A program made the position numbers and the translations under genes. 64,000 nt of DNA from an uncultured Pseudomonadales bacterium (GTDB taxonomy: Bacteria; Patescibacteriota; Microgenomatia; UBA1400; PJMF01), in the NCBI GenBank assembly GCA_964637295.1, contig CAZWWE010000001.1, positions 121,808-185,807 of the forward strand, given 5' to 3'. Position 1 is the stretch's first letter, and each line of letters opens with the position of its first letter. The notes below the pieces were generated by a model. The model saw only the letters and a program-made list of their open reading frames with translations. It searched no databases and was not told where the DNA came from. Positions 22,531-32,749 of this stretch are shown here, one piece after another.

Positions 22531-23646
22531 TTATTCTATCATTTTTTTCTCGAAACGAATTTTAGAATTTCTGCTATGGCGAGCAATGGCTAAATTAATT
22601 AAATGATCTATCAATCTTCCATAAGTCATGCCAGTCGCCTGCATCATCAATTTGGGATACATGCTAATCTTGGTAAAACCAGGAATGGTGTTGATTTCAT
22701 TAAAAAATATCTCTCCACTGTCACTTAAGAAAAAATCTACTCTGGCCATGCCTTCAGCTTGACAAATTCTAAAAATTTTTTTGGATAAAGCTTGAATGGC
22801 TTGTTGTTGAGCTGGCAAAAGTGGAGCGGGAATTAACAATTGAGCTCCAGCTTCATCAAGATATTTGGCATCATAAGAATAAAAACCGTGTTTAGCATTG
22901 GGAATAATTTCGCCTACTTCACCGACGATTAATTCTTCTCGATTGCCCAGAACTGCACATTCAAGCTCTCTACCAGAAATAGCCGTTTCGATCAAAATTT
23001 TATGATCCACTGCAAAAGCTGCTTTCAAAGCTCTGTAAAATTGTTCCTGATTATTAACTTTATTGATCCCAACTGAAGAACCAGCACTCGCTGGTTTGAC
23101 AAAAAATGGCAACCCTAAAACTTGCGCAACTTGTTTAAAATCAATTGCTTGCCTTGTTGTTTGCTCAAAAGATAAATACTTGGCGACCTTAATCGCTGAC
23201 ATGATTGCTAATTTTTTAGTTATTTCTTTATCCATGGCAATGGCTGAAGCAAGCACATCTGGACCAACATAGGGTAAATTCAACATTTCTAAAAAACCCT
23301 GCATTTTGCCGTCTTCAGCAAAAGAACCGTGCATAATCGGAAAAACTACGTCGATTTTTTGATTGCCAGTGGGCAAAATTGCTTGACCGACGCCATCAGC
23401 CACACTCCAAGCAACTTCAGTAAAGCCAGTCTTTTTGAGAGAAATAAGATCTGGATCATCATCATGAGCTAAAAAATGTTGATAGTCGCTGTAAAAACGG
23501 AAAGTACCGTCTTTGGCCACTGCAAAAAGCAAGAGCTCATACTTGGTCAAATCTAAAGCAGCAATAATATTTTTGGCTGACACCAAAGACACTTCGTGTT
23601 CCACAGATTTACCACCACAAATCAAAGCCAAATAAGTTTTTGCCAT
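22531..23646 (-). CDS. ddl: D-alanine--D-alanine ligase
   Basis: 371 aa with ATP-grasp Ddl N-terminus (ICGGKSVEHEVSLVSA) and C-terminal motifs. Confidence 0.85.
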   Translation of the reverse strand: MAKTYLALICGGKSVEHEVSLVSAKNIIAALDLTKYELLLFAVAKDGTFRFYSDYQHFLAHDDDPDLISLKKTGFTEVAWSVADGVGQAILPTGNQKIDVVFPIMHGSFAEDGKMQGFLEMLNLPYVGPDVLASAIAMDKEITKKLAIMSAIKVAKYLSFEQTTRQAIDFKQVAQVLGLPFFVKPASAGSSVGINKVNNQEQFYRALKAAFAVDHKILIETAISGRELECAVLGNREELIVGEVGEIIPNAKHGFYSYDAKYLDEAGAQLLIPAPLLPAQQQAIQALSKKIFRICQAEGMARVDFFLSDSGEIFFNEINTIPGFTKISMYPKLMMQATGMTYGRLIDHLINLAIARHSRNSKIRFEKKMIE

Positions 23647-23739
23647 ATAAGAGACCTTTTGTAAAAACTATCTTAGCATGAGATCATCATTGGTAAAAAT
23701 GTGAAAATTTATCAAAAAACAAGCTAGCTTTCATTTAGT

Positions 23740-23900
23740 ATTTTCAATTTACTTATAACAAGCCATCGAAGGAGTTGCTTAACCAAATAAAAAACATTGC
23801 TTTGCTGGTAGACAACGACTTCGTTGAGTGAAGAAAAGATTGTTAATTTAAATAACAAACACTTTTAGCTGAACGTGCTTGTTCTAAGTGAATTGAAAAT
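23740..23900. repeat. structured intergenic element family, copy B (terminal arms 23740-23767 / 23877-23900 with 2-3 mismatches; conserved core)
   Basis: Core GAGTGAAGAAAAGATTGTTAATTTAAATAACAAAC…GCTGAACGTG is homologous to copies A and C. The right arm overlaps the stop of the xerC-like gene; the left end is 93 nt upstream of ddl. Confidence 0.55.
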
Positions 23901-24766
23901 TACAGCTCTTCAATTTTAATATTTGGCTGCATCTCTGGAGCTTCAATTAAATGAAGATATTTTTCTGTAGTAGTAATGCGTTTGTGACCCACTAGCTGAG
24001 AAACATAAACCAGAGGCGTACCTGCTTTTAATTGCTCAACGATGAAAGTATGACGCAAATCGTTAACTTTAGCATCTTTGATACCAGCTAGACGAAAATA
24101 GCGATCAATGGCGGTGCGAATGTTGCGTACTAAAAAAGGTCGACAAGTCTTGGTCAAAAATAAGGTTTTTTCTTTAGCTCGAGGGCGAAGTCTTAAATAA
24201 TCCAAAATAGCTTTTTTGGCGGCAGCATTCAGTGGAATACGACGGGCTTCTCTAGAATTTTGTGCCTGAATGTAAATTAGCTCCCTCTCTAAATCAATAT
24301 CTGTCATTTGCAAATAAGCTAATTCGCTGATACGCATGCCAGTTTGTAACAAAATTTCCACAATGGCGTGCATACGAGCATCAGCACGACAAGAATCGCG
24401 CAAAGCACGATATTCTAAACGAGATAAAATTCTCGGGGGAGTTTGATCAAATTTTGGCTGACTAATCTCCTCAGTTAAATTGTGTTCGATTAAACCTTCA
24501 CTCAAGCAAAAACGAAAAAAAGCTTTAATAGAGTTGATTTTGCGAGAAATTGATTTACTGCTATATCTTTGTTTTTTTAATAATTCTTTAAAATCTTCAA
24601 TATCAGTCGCCAACACTTCCGCTAACAAAGTTTTTGATCTTTTACTTAAAAAATCTGCCAACTGCTCAATATCTTTATTATAAGCAATCACAGTTGCGTG
24701 AGCTTTGCCATTATTTTGTAAGTGAGCAACGAACTTGACTTGCGCATCGACTAAGTTTGTGTGCAT
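23900..24766 (-). CDS. tyrosine site-specific recombinase (XerC/XerD family)
   Basis: 288 aa; C-terminal catalytic region with R…HxxR…Y (…LRHTFIVEQL…LVGHKRITTTEKYLHL). Confidence 0.75.
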   Translation of the reverse strand: MHTNLVDAQVKFVAHLQNNGKAHATVIAYNKDIEQLADFLSKRSKTLLAEVLATDIEDFKELLKKQRYSSKSISRKINSIKAFFRFCLSEGLIEHNLTEEISQPKFDQTPPRILSRLEYRALRDSCRADARMHAIVEILLQTGMRISELAYLQMTDIDLERELIYIQAQNSREARRIPLNAAAKKAILDYLRLRPRAKEKTLFLTKTCRPFLVRNIRTAIDRYFRLAGIKDAKVNDLRHTFIVEQLKAGTPLVYVSQLVGHKRITTTEKYLHLIEAPEMQPNIKIEEL

Positions 24767-24866
24767 AATTAATCTGCTATAATTTCATGGGACAGCTAAA
24801 TAAGGTCTTATAATATCACGAAGTAGGTTTATTAACAAGTTTAATCTCTTTTATAAAAAGATCAAA

Positions 24867-25244
24867 ATGCATCGCCAATCATTGCTCGCACTGCTTAGTC
24901 ATCCACTGATTGTGACCATCATCACCATACTCAGCATAATGAGTATTTTTTCACTACGCAACAACACTCGATCTGCTTTAATATCACAAAAAAGCCTGCA
25001 ACAAGTAGAGGAAAATCTTAAATTAGTAGAAGAAAATTATTTAGCCAAGCAAAGCCAAGCGGCACTGCAGCAAACTCCATTGGCCATCGAAAAAATCATG
25101 CGCAATGAGTTATTAAAAAAAAGAGCAGAAGAAATTGTTTTGCAAATTCCAGAACCAAATCATTCGCGAGCAGAACGCAACTTGCCACCTCCAGCTGTCA
25201 ATGGTGGCCCACTTCATGAATGGTGGCAACTTTTAAATTTTTAA
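24867..25244 (+). CDS. septum-formation initiator (FtsB/DivIC)-like protein, putative
   Basis: N-terminal TM helix, coiled coil, then LAIEKIMRNELLKKRAEEIVLQIPEP resembling the FtsB C-terminal motif. Weak assignment. Confidence 0.35.
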   Translation: MHRQSLLALLSHPLIVTIITILSIMSIFSLRNNTRSALISQKSLQQVEENLKLVEENYLAKQSQAALQQTPLAIEKIMRNELLKKRAEEIVLQIPEPNHSRAERNLPPPAVNGGPLHEWWQLLNF

Positions 25245-25257
25245 AAAAGGAAAAATT

Positions 25258-26109
25258 ATGTCAGAAAAATTAATAAACACGGAACCGAACAAAAACAGAA
25301 AAGAAAAAGAAAAAGAAAAAATCGAAAACATTCTTACAAATTGGCAATCTTTAACAACATGGAACAAAGGCGCACAAACAAATCCAAATTTTAGAGCAGA
25401 ATTTTTAAAATTATTAAAATTGGCTTGGCAAAATAAAATCATTGACTTACAAAATGATCAAGAAGAACAAGCAGAAGATTCTGAAACTAACACGGCACTA
25501 TTAATTCAATTAGCTCAAAGAAGCATGGCGCTTTGGTTTTTAATTGACGAAATTCCTGATCAAGACAGTGAACAATTAACAGCTTTGATGGCTTTGTTGC
25601 AAGACGACAAAATACCAGCAATTTGTAAAGCACCAGACCAACAACCAGCGATCATTCAAACTATTTTACAACAGCTATTATTAGCCGAAGAATCTCTCGA
25701 TGTGGCACTGTTAAATCCCGATCGATATCTGGAAAGAAAAACGAGGGAAAATCCAATATTAACAAAATTTGATCCTATCGATTGGTTAAAATCAATAGAT
25801 TTTGAAATTAAAGCAACATATAATCAGCCACTTGAATTTTTGATTAAGACTTTGTTATTTCAAATCAAACAAGAATTTTTAATTGTTAAGCAAAGAATGA
25901 GCCAAAATAATTTTTTCAGCACAAATGACTCAGTATCTTCAGAAAATCAAAATGAAGCTTACCAGGGTTTCTTCACCTTATATAAAATCTTAAAAGAAAT
26001 CATTTTGCTCAAATTGAAAAGATATAAAGGCGATGATAGCCAATTAAAAGACAAAATAGAGACAATCTTGAATGACGTGAGACCAAACACACTGTTCTAC
26101 GGCTCTTAA
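25258..26109 (+). CDS. hypothetical protein with N-terminal KEKEKEK repeat
   Basis: 283-aa ORF preceded by AGGAAAAATT-ATG; no recognisable domain. Confidence 0.4.
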   Translation: MSEKLINTEPNKNRKEKEKEKIENILTNWQSLTTWNKGAQTNPNFRAEFLKLLKLAWQNKIIDLQNDQEEQAEDSETNTALLIQLAQRSMALWFLIDEIPDQDSEQLTALMALLQDDKIPAICKAPDQQPAIIQTILQQLLLAEESLDVALLNPDRYLERKTRENPILTKFDPIDWLKSIDFEIKATYNQPLEFLIKTLLFQIKQEFLIVKQRMSQNNFFSTNDSVSSENQNEAYQGFFTLYKILKEIILLKLKRYKGDDSQLKDKIETILNDVRPNTLFYGS

Positions 26110-26121
26110 ACAAGCATTGTT

Positions 26122-26592
26122 TTAAGCTGATTTTTTTTGCTCTAATAAAGATTCTGGACTTTTTTTATTGATGTGAGGAATGCGAGGAATAAAAGCTACT
26201 AACAAGGCTACAATCAAGCCAATAGCGTGAAAATTGAAGCCAAAAGCCATGCCAATGGCTCCAGAAACCCAGATACTGGCTGCAGTCGTTAAATTTTTGA
26301 CATTTGCCCCATCTTTGACAATTAGACCTGCTCCAAGAAAACCAATGCCTGAAACAATTTGTGCCGCAATTCTCGATTTTGAAGCTGGATCTACTAAGCT
26401 CGACATAAAAGTAAACAACATCGCTCCAATAATCACCATCGTGTGCGTGCTAATGCCTGCGTCTTTACCGCGAGATTCCCTTTCCGCACCAATCAGAAAA
26501 CCCGCCAAAAAACTCAAGCCTAAATCGAGCAATAAATTGATTTCATTAATTCCAAAAAATTGAGCAAAAAACGGAGATGACATAAAGATCAA
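26122..26592 (-). CDS. MgtC/SapB family membrane protein
   Basis: LAGFLIGAERESRGKDAGISTHTMV… matches the MgtC-family signature. Confidence 0.6.
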   Translation of the reverse strand: MIFMSSPFFAQFFGINEINLLLDLGLSFLAGFLIGAERESRGKDAGISTHTMVIIGAMLFTFMSSLVDPASKSRIAAQIVSGIGFLGAGLIVKDGANVKNLTTAASIWVSGAIGMAFGFNFHAIGLIVALLVAFIPRIPHINKKSPESLLEQKKSA

Positions 26593-26608
26593 AAATACTT
26601 TAAAAATG

Positions 26609-26677
26609 TTGCGGAACTAGGAGTCGAACCTAGCCTGTGGGATTATGAGCCCCACGTGCACCGTACACTATCCCGCG
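26609..26677 (-). tRNA. initiator tRNA-fMet (anticodon CAT) with reduced D-arm
   Basis: Minus-strand read CGCGGGATAGTGTACGGTGCACGTGGGGCTCATAATCCCACAGGCTAGGTTCGACTCCTAGTTCCGCAA. It shows the C1·A72 mismatch, three G-C pairs at the base of the anticodon stem (GGG/CCC), a CAT anticodon in loop CTCATAA, and T-loop TTCGACT. Confidence 0.7.
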
Positions 26678-26792
26678 TTTGCTTAACAAGCAATTCTCTT
26701 AGATAGGCTTGTTGTTAGAGTGAAATTATAACAAAATAAATTAGCATTATCAAGCAAGCTCGTGATAAAATACAGAATTGTCCATAAAATCA

Positions 26793-26866
26793 GGCGGGAT
26801 AGCTCAGTTGGTTAGAGCATCGGATTCATAAACCGAAGGTCCTGAGTTCGACTCTCAGTCCCGCTA
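26793..26866 (+). tRNA. tRNA with CAT anticodon (elongator tRNA-Met or tRNA-Ile2/lysidine)
   Basis: GGCGGGATAGCTCAGTTGGTTAGAGCATCGGATTCATAAACCGAAGGTCCTGAGTTCGACTCTCAGTCCCGCTA: canonical cloverleaf, D-arm identical to bacterial elongator Met type, anticodon loop TTCATAA. Confidence 0.75.
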
Positions 26867-26920
26867 CAAAACAGACACCGCTAAAAAAACATTATTACAA
26901 TATCGTTTAAAAAAGCTTAT

Positions 26921-27367
26921 TTACTCTTTAAAATCTGCGACATCTGCACTTTGATAAAATCTTCGCAAAATTTTCTCCAAAACAGAGCCCAATCTAATTA
27001 ATAGAGCTCCTTCTTGTGGATTTTTACCATCCGAAGTTGGAACTAGAATGCTTTGCTCAAAAAGATGAGGTTGAAAGTTTTCACCTCTTTGAGCAATAAA
27101 AATTTTAAAAACTAGATTGTCCGTCAACTCATTTCTACCCAAGCAAGAAACAACTAGCGTGCCATTTTCATTCAACGAGCACTCTATCTTAGCCCGAATT
27201 TCGTCTCTTTTATCAACACAGCTAAGCAAAGGTTGACCCAAAGCTTGAAAAGTATCTTTAAGAATTTGAAAGACAATTTCCATTTCTTCAATCCAAGAAG
27301 GGGGCGTAAATATTTCTAAGCTCGCATCTTTGGGTTGTTCGTTCATATATGGATATTTATTAATCAT
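26921..27367 (-). CDS. hypothetical protein
   Basis: ORF downstream of the groEL terminator. The track start at 27391 would overlap the terminator hairpin, so I place the start at MINK (27367) or MNEQ (27346). Confidence 0.35.
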   Translation of the reverse strand: MINKYPYMNEQPKDASLEIFTPPSWIEEMEIVFQILKDTFQALGQPLLSCVDKRDEIRAKIECSLNENGTLVVSCLGRNELTDNLVFKIFIAQRGENFQPHLFEQSILVPTSDGKNPQEGALLIRLGSVLEKILRRFYQSADVADFKE

Positions 27368-27378
27368 TTTTAAATAAA

Positions 27379-27409
27379 AAAATAGCCCCAATTTGCATTG
27401 AGGCTATTT
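27379..27409 (-). terminator. rho-independent terminator of groES-groEL (AAATAGCCTCAAT-gca-AATTGGGGCTATTT + T7)
   Basis: Long stem followed by TTTTTTTAT on the minus strand, ~30 nt after the groEL stop. Confidence 0.65.
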
Positions 27410-27438
27410 GTGAAAGTCTAGATCAGAGCTGATTAAGC

Positions 27439-29079
<1,641 letters not shown>

Positions 29080-29102
29080 TCACGATTTATTTTTTTCATC
29101 AG

Positions 29103-29172
29103 CGATCTCTTGAAGAGATATATCTCTTCAGGTGATCGAAGTTCTTCAAAAAATTAATCGCTCCTTTCTATA
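29103..29172 (-). promoter_or_regulatory. conserved leader module copy R2 between groES and groEL: 36-bp palindrome CGATCTCTTGAAGAGATA|TATCTCTTCAGGTGATCG (29103-29138) and TATAGAAAGGAGCG box (29159-29172)
   Basis: Homologous to the modules upstream of nusA (4846-4913) and dnaK (8014-8096). The palindrome ends 33 nt upstream of the groEL ATG. Confidence 0.45.
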
Positions 29173-29188
29173 CATTTATTTGTATTTA

Positions 29189-29539
29189 TTACTTACTAAT
29201 AATGGCCAAAATGTCTTCAAATTTCAAAAATTGATATTCCACGTCGTCAATTTTAAATTCATTGCCGCCCCATTTTTTGTAAATCACTTGATCACCAACT
29301 TTGGCGGGAGCTTTGCAAGATTGTTGACCGGATTTTTGATCTTCACATTCACAATCACATTCACAAGAACAAGAGCAGGCACAATCTTCGCCCACAGCTA
29401 AAACCACTCCATATTGCGGTTTTTCACTTTCATTTTCAGGCAAAATAATTCCAGAGGCCGTTTTTTCTTCTACCTTGGCTGGCTCAACTAAAACATAGCC
29501 TGCACTTGGCTGAATTTTCTTGATATTGAGAGCTTGCAT
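29189..29539 (-). CDS. groS: co-chaperonin GroES with cysteine-rich insertion in the roof hairpin
   Basis: 116 aa (typical length ~95). Conserved …GVVLAVG… and …KVGDQVIY… segments flank the inserted CACSCSCECDCECEDQKSGQQSC. RBS AAAGGAAAAAT precedes the ATG. Confidence 0.85.
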   Translation of the reverse strand: MQALNIKKIQPSAGYVLVEPAKVEEKTASGIILPENESEKPQYGVVLAVGEDCACSCSCECDCECEDQKSGQQSCKAPAKVGDQVIYKKWGGNEFKIDDVEYQFLKFEDILAIISK

Positions 29540-29611
29540 ATTTTTCCTTTCTTTATTTTGGAAATTAAATTAATTAATTAACTGCGCAAAATTTATCACA
29601 AAAATTTTTAC

Positions 29612-29638
29612 TTAGCAATAAGCAGTATTGATTGCTAA
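29612..29638 (-). promoter_or_regulatory. CIRCE-like HrcA operator upstream of groES (minus-strand read TTAGCAATC-N9-TATTGCTAA)
   Basis: 9-N9-9 inverted repeat ~75 nt upstream of the groES ATG; same arm consensus as the site upstream of hrcA. Confidence 0.5.
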
Positions 29639-29648
29639 AAACAGCAAT

Positions 29649-31274
29649 TTAGCGCACTGCCAGAGTGTACACACCCACATTTCTCACTGCGGAATTCAAT
29701 AATAAACGGTAAATACTAAGATTTTGCTCTGCATTCTCAGCAATGAGTGTTGGCTGAAGTTGCAGTTTATTGGTCGAGTTAAAATATTCTAAACACCAAT
29801 GCTCTTTGCCTTGATTCCAAGAAACCCGCGGATTATCACAAATCAAATAAATATTTTTACTGCTTTCTTTAATAGAAACAAGATTATATTTATATCTGGC
29901 TGTTTCCACCAAAGGTAACTCCAAATTTTCTTCCAAATAAAGCCAATAAGCCGGAGCAGACCAATCGAGCTGATCGTCGATCACAAAAATAAAAAAATCA
30001 CTTTGATCGGCTAAATTTAGTTTGACATCTGCACTGATCATTTTGGTTGACCAGCGATATTTACTAATCAACTCTCGGTTGGAAACAGATTGCAAAACAA
30101 CTTGCTGCTTGATGGATAAAAGAAAAAAACTCAAAAGTAAACTAGTCAAAAGCAATAAAGACCATTTTTTCTTTAAACTCGATAAAACGCTGAGCCAAAA
30201 AAGAGGAGCAGCTAAGTAGAAAACTAAAAAATAATTTTCTGGTAAACTCAAATCATCATGCGTCACTAAAAAAACTATTGGTAATAATAAAAAAACTGAT
30301 AAAAGACTTAATGAATAAAATGTTTTTTTCTTGAAAAGAAATAATATAAAAATTAAAAAAATGGATAAAGCAAGCAATATCTCGGCAAAATTAAATTCGC
30401 CACTTCTCGTCAAACCATTAAAAAAAGTATTGAGATTTAAACTGAGACTGTTTAAGTATAAAGCTGAATTAGCGATGAAAATTTTATTAAGAAAAGTAAA
30501 AAAATAAGCTAAACCCTGATCACTTCCCTTAAGCATTAGTTGATTGGCAAGCAAAAACAAGATTGCGCCTAAAATTATCAAGTTAGGATAATTTAATTGA
30601 CTCAGTAAAAATCTTTGCAGCTTTGATTGGTTTTTTGTTTTAACATAAAATTTGTATTGTAAATAAGCGCTCATAGTCATCACCCAAGGCAAGAGAATCA
30701 AAGCAGCGTAATGCAAATTTAAGGCCGTAAAATAAAAAATAAGCGCTAAATTTAACTGATTAATTGCTTGTTTTTTATAAGCAGCTAAAAAATAATAAAA
30801 AGACATCATTAAAAATGGCGCCAATAAGTAGGGTTGGAAAACGCTTCTGCCGTATAAATTAAAAGTTGGCATTAAACAAAATAGTAGTACCGTGCCATAG
30901 CGTCTGATTTTGTCAGCAAACAGCAATTTGGCAAATAAATCAGCAAAAACTACCATGACTGAAGTTGAAAAAATGGCAAACAGTAATTGATAATAAAAAA
31001 CTTGACCAAATGAAAGCAAATAAAAAACCGCAAGAAAATAATAATAAAAAACACTGTTGGCTAAATAATTGTGACTTCCCGCCGCCCAAGGGGCAATCCA
31101 CTTAAGATCCTGGTATTCGACGATGTGTTTGGCTACCAAAAAATCCCGAGTATTGTCAGCAATCCAATCATAAGTTTGTTCAAAACGATAAAAACGCAGT
31201 CCGATCGCAAAAACAATGAATAGCAGAAAAACATAATCAAGCCAAGTAAGCTTGTTTATTTGGCAAAACTTCAC
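29649..31274 (-). CDS. polytopic membrane protein, possible GT-C-fold glycosyltransferase (ArnT/PMT-like)
   Basis: 541 aa, >10 predicted TM helices, and an N-terminal loop with conserved acidic residues. Weak family assignment. Confidence 0.35.
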   Translation of the reverse strand: MKFCQINKLTWLDYVFLLFIVFAIGLRFYRFEQTYDWIADNTRDFLVAKHIVEYQDLKWIAPWAAGSHNYLANSVFYYYFLAVFYLLSFGQVFYYQLLFAIFSTSVMVVFADLFAKLLFADKIRRYGTVLLFCLMPTFNLYGRSVFQPYLLAPFLMMSFYYFLAAYKKQAINQLNLALIFYFTALNLHYAALILLPWVMTMSAYLQYKFYVKTKNQSKLQRFLLSQLNYPNLIILGAILFLLANQLMLKGSDQGLAYFFTFLNKIFIANSALYLNSLSLNLNTFFNGLTRSGEFNFAEILLALSIFLIFILFLFKKKTFYSLSLLSVFLLLPIVFLVTHDDLSLPENYFLVFYLAAPLFWLSVLSSLKKKWSLLLLTSLLLSFFLLSIKQQVVLQSVSNRELISKYRWSTKMISADVKLNLADQSDFFIFVIDDQLDWSAPAYWLYLEENLELPLVETARYKYNLVSIKESSKNIYLICDNPRVSWNQGKEHWCLEYFNSTNKLQLQPTLIAENAEQNLSIYRLLLNSAVRNVGVYTLAVR

Positions 31275-31289
31275 TCTACAAGTTTACCC

Positions 31290-31658
31290 TCAGCTTCTTA
31301 GGCCTTCAACTCCATAAAAAAGTGCATTAATCAAAGAGATCGATTTGCGCATATCCATGGCTAATTGCATCGACAATTGAGCTGTTTCTTGATCGACCTG
31401 CATGCCTTCCAAAGTTAAATTGGAATCGTCAACAAAAGTTTTCATTAAATTATCAAGAAAAACTTTGTTTTCAGTTACAAAAAGTTCTCGCTCGCTTTTC
31501 TTTTTAAGCATTACTTTTTCCAAATGAAAAACAATTTGTTGCATTTCTCTCGAACGTAAATAAAGATCAAATTTGAGATCAGCGCTATCTTCAATTGAAA
31601 CTAAAGTGGATAAATCAAGATTATTTAAAAGTTGGTAACTGTTATTACTTTTTGGCAT
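31290..31658 (-). CDS. hypothetical protein
   Basis: 122-aa ORF immediately upstream of the membrane protein gene; no recognisable motif. Confidence 0.3.
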   Translation of the reverse strand: MPKSNNSYQLLNNLDLSTLVSIEDSADLKFDLYLRSREMQQIVFHLEKVMLKKKSERELFVTENKVFLDNLMKTFVDDSNLTLEGMQVDQETAQLSMQLAMDMRKSISLINALFYGVEGLRS

Positions 31659-31689
31659 TATAATATGAGCCTATATCTTACAAAAAAAT

Positions 31690-32748
31690 ATGAAAATATT
31701 AAAGCTCAATTCTAATCGAGAGCAAATAATCACTGCCGCAGTCACTTGTCTAAAAAACGGTGGCTTAGTAATTTATCCGACAGAAACCGTTTATGGCATA
31801 GGGGCCATAGCCAACAATTCCATCGCGATTAGTAAGCTTTTGCAATATAAGGGTCGTCGTGAAGGCAAACCTCTGTCTATTGCTGTCACTGACCAAAAAA
31901 TGGCAGAAAAATATGTCGAGATCAATGAACAGGCTTTGAAATTTTATCAAAACTTTTTACCTGGTCCTTTTACTGTCATTTCAAAAAGTAAAAATCGAAC
32001 TGATCCTAGAGTTAACTCTGAATTTGGGACTTTGGGCATTCGTATTCCAGACTATCCACTCATTATTGAGATAATTAAAAATCTTGGCCAGGCCATCACT
32101 AGCACTTCCGCTAATGCTTCTGGTAAAAAACGACCCTACACCATTCAAGATATTTTTGCTGGCTTATCAGAAAAACAAAAATCTTTAATTGACTTAGTCA
32201 TTGATGCTGGCGAATTGCCCAAAAATGAGCCCTCGATCGTAGTCGATACTACACTCTCCACGCCAATTGCTTTGCGCGGATCATTGCAAGACGAAACAGG
32301 CGAAGTTCTATGGAGTGCTAGTGAGCAAGAAACCATTGAATTATCGGGCAGACTTTTACTCAATCACTTAAATGATTTGCAAAAAAACGGCCTAGTAATT
32401 GCGCTTAACGGACCGCTGGGAGTGGGCAAAACTATTTTTGCCAAAGGCGTGGCTAAATTCTTAGGGATCAAAGAAAACATTAATTCTCCCACCTATTCAT
32501 ATGTCAATGAATATTCATACAAACGTTTAAGCACAAAAGGCACTTTTTATCACATTGATGCCTGGAAAGTTGACGATCAAGCAGCAGTGAATTTTCTGGA
32601 AATTGAAAAAATGATTAAAAAAAATAACATTGTGCTCATCGAGTGGTTTCAGCAAATCAGTCAGTGGTTAAAATTAAATCAAAAAACTAAGTTACTAACT
32701 TTGAATTTTAGTGAAGAAAATCAGCAAAGAAAAATCATTATCAAATAA
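31690..32748 (+). CDS. fused TsaC(YrdC/Sua5)-TsaE(YjeE) t6A biosynthesis protein
   Basis: N-terminus: YrdC signature NGGLVIYPTETVYGIGAIA. C-terminus: TsaE P-loop NGPLGVGKTIFAKGVAKFLGI…SPTYSYVNEY…HIDAWK. A -10 TATAAT lies just upstream. Confidence 0.7.
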   Translation: MKILKLNSNREQIITAAVTCLKNGGLVIYPTETVYGIGAIANNSIAISKLLQYKGRREGKPLSIAVTDQKMAEKYVEINEQALKFYQNFLPGPFTVISKSKNRTDPRVNSEFGTLGIRIPDYPLIIEIIKNLGQAITSTSANASGKKRPYTIQDIFAGLSEKQKSLIDLVIDAGELPKNEPSIVVDTTLSTPIALRGSLQDETGEVLWSASEQETIELSGRLLLNHLNDLQKNGLVIALNGPLGVGKTIFAKGVAKFLGIKENINSPTYSYVNEYSYKRLSTKGTFYHIDAWKVDDQAAVNFLEIEKMIKKNNIVLIEWFQQISQWLKLNQKTKLLTLNFSEENQQRKIIIK

Positions 32749-32749
32749 A

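Noticed and set aside
23900-24766. XerC-like recombinase as a prophage/integron integrase marking a mobile island
   Set aside because: No phage, attC or cargo genes are adjacent. Neighbours are ddl and cell-division genes, and the size and motifs fit chromosomal Xer recombinases. The nearby tRNAs are ~1.8 kb away with unrelated genes between.
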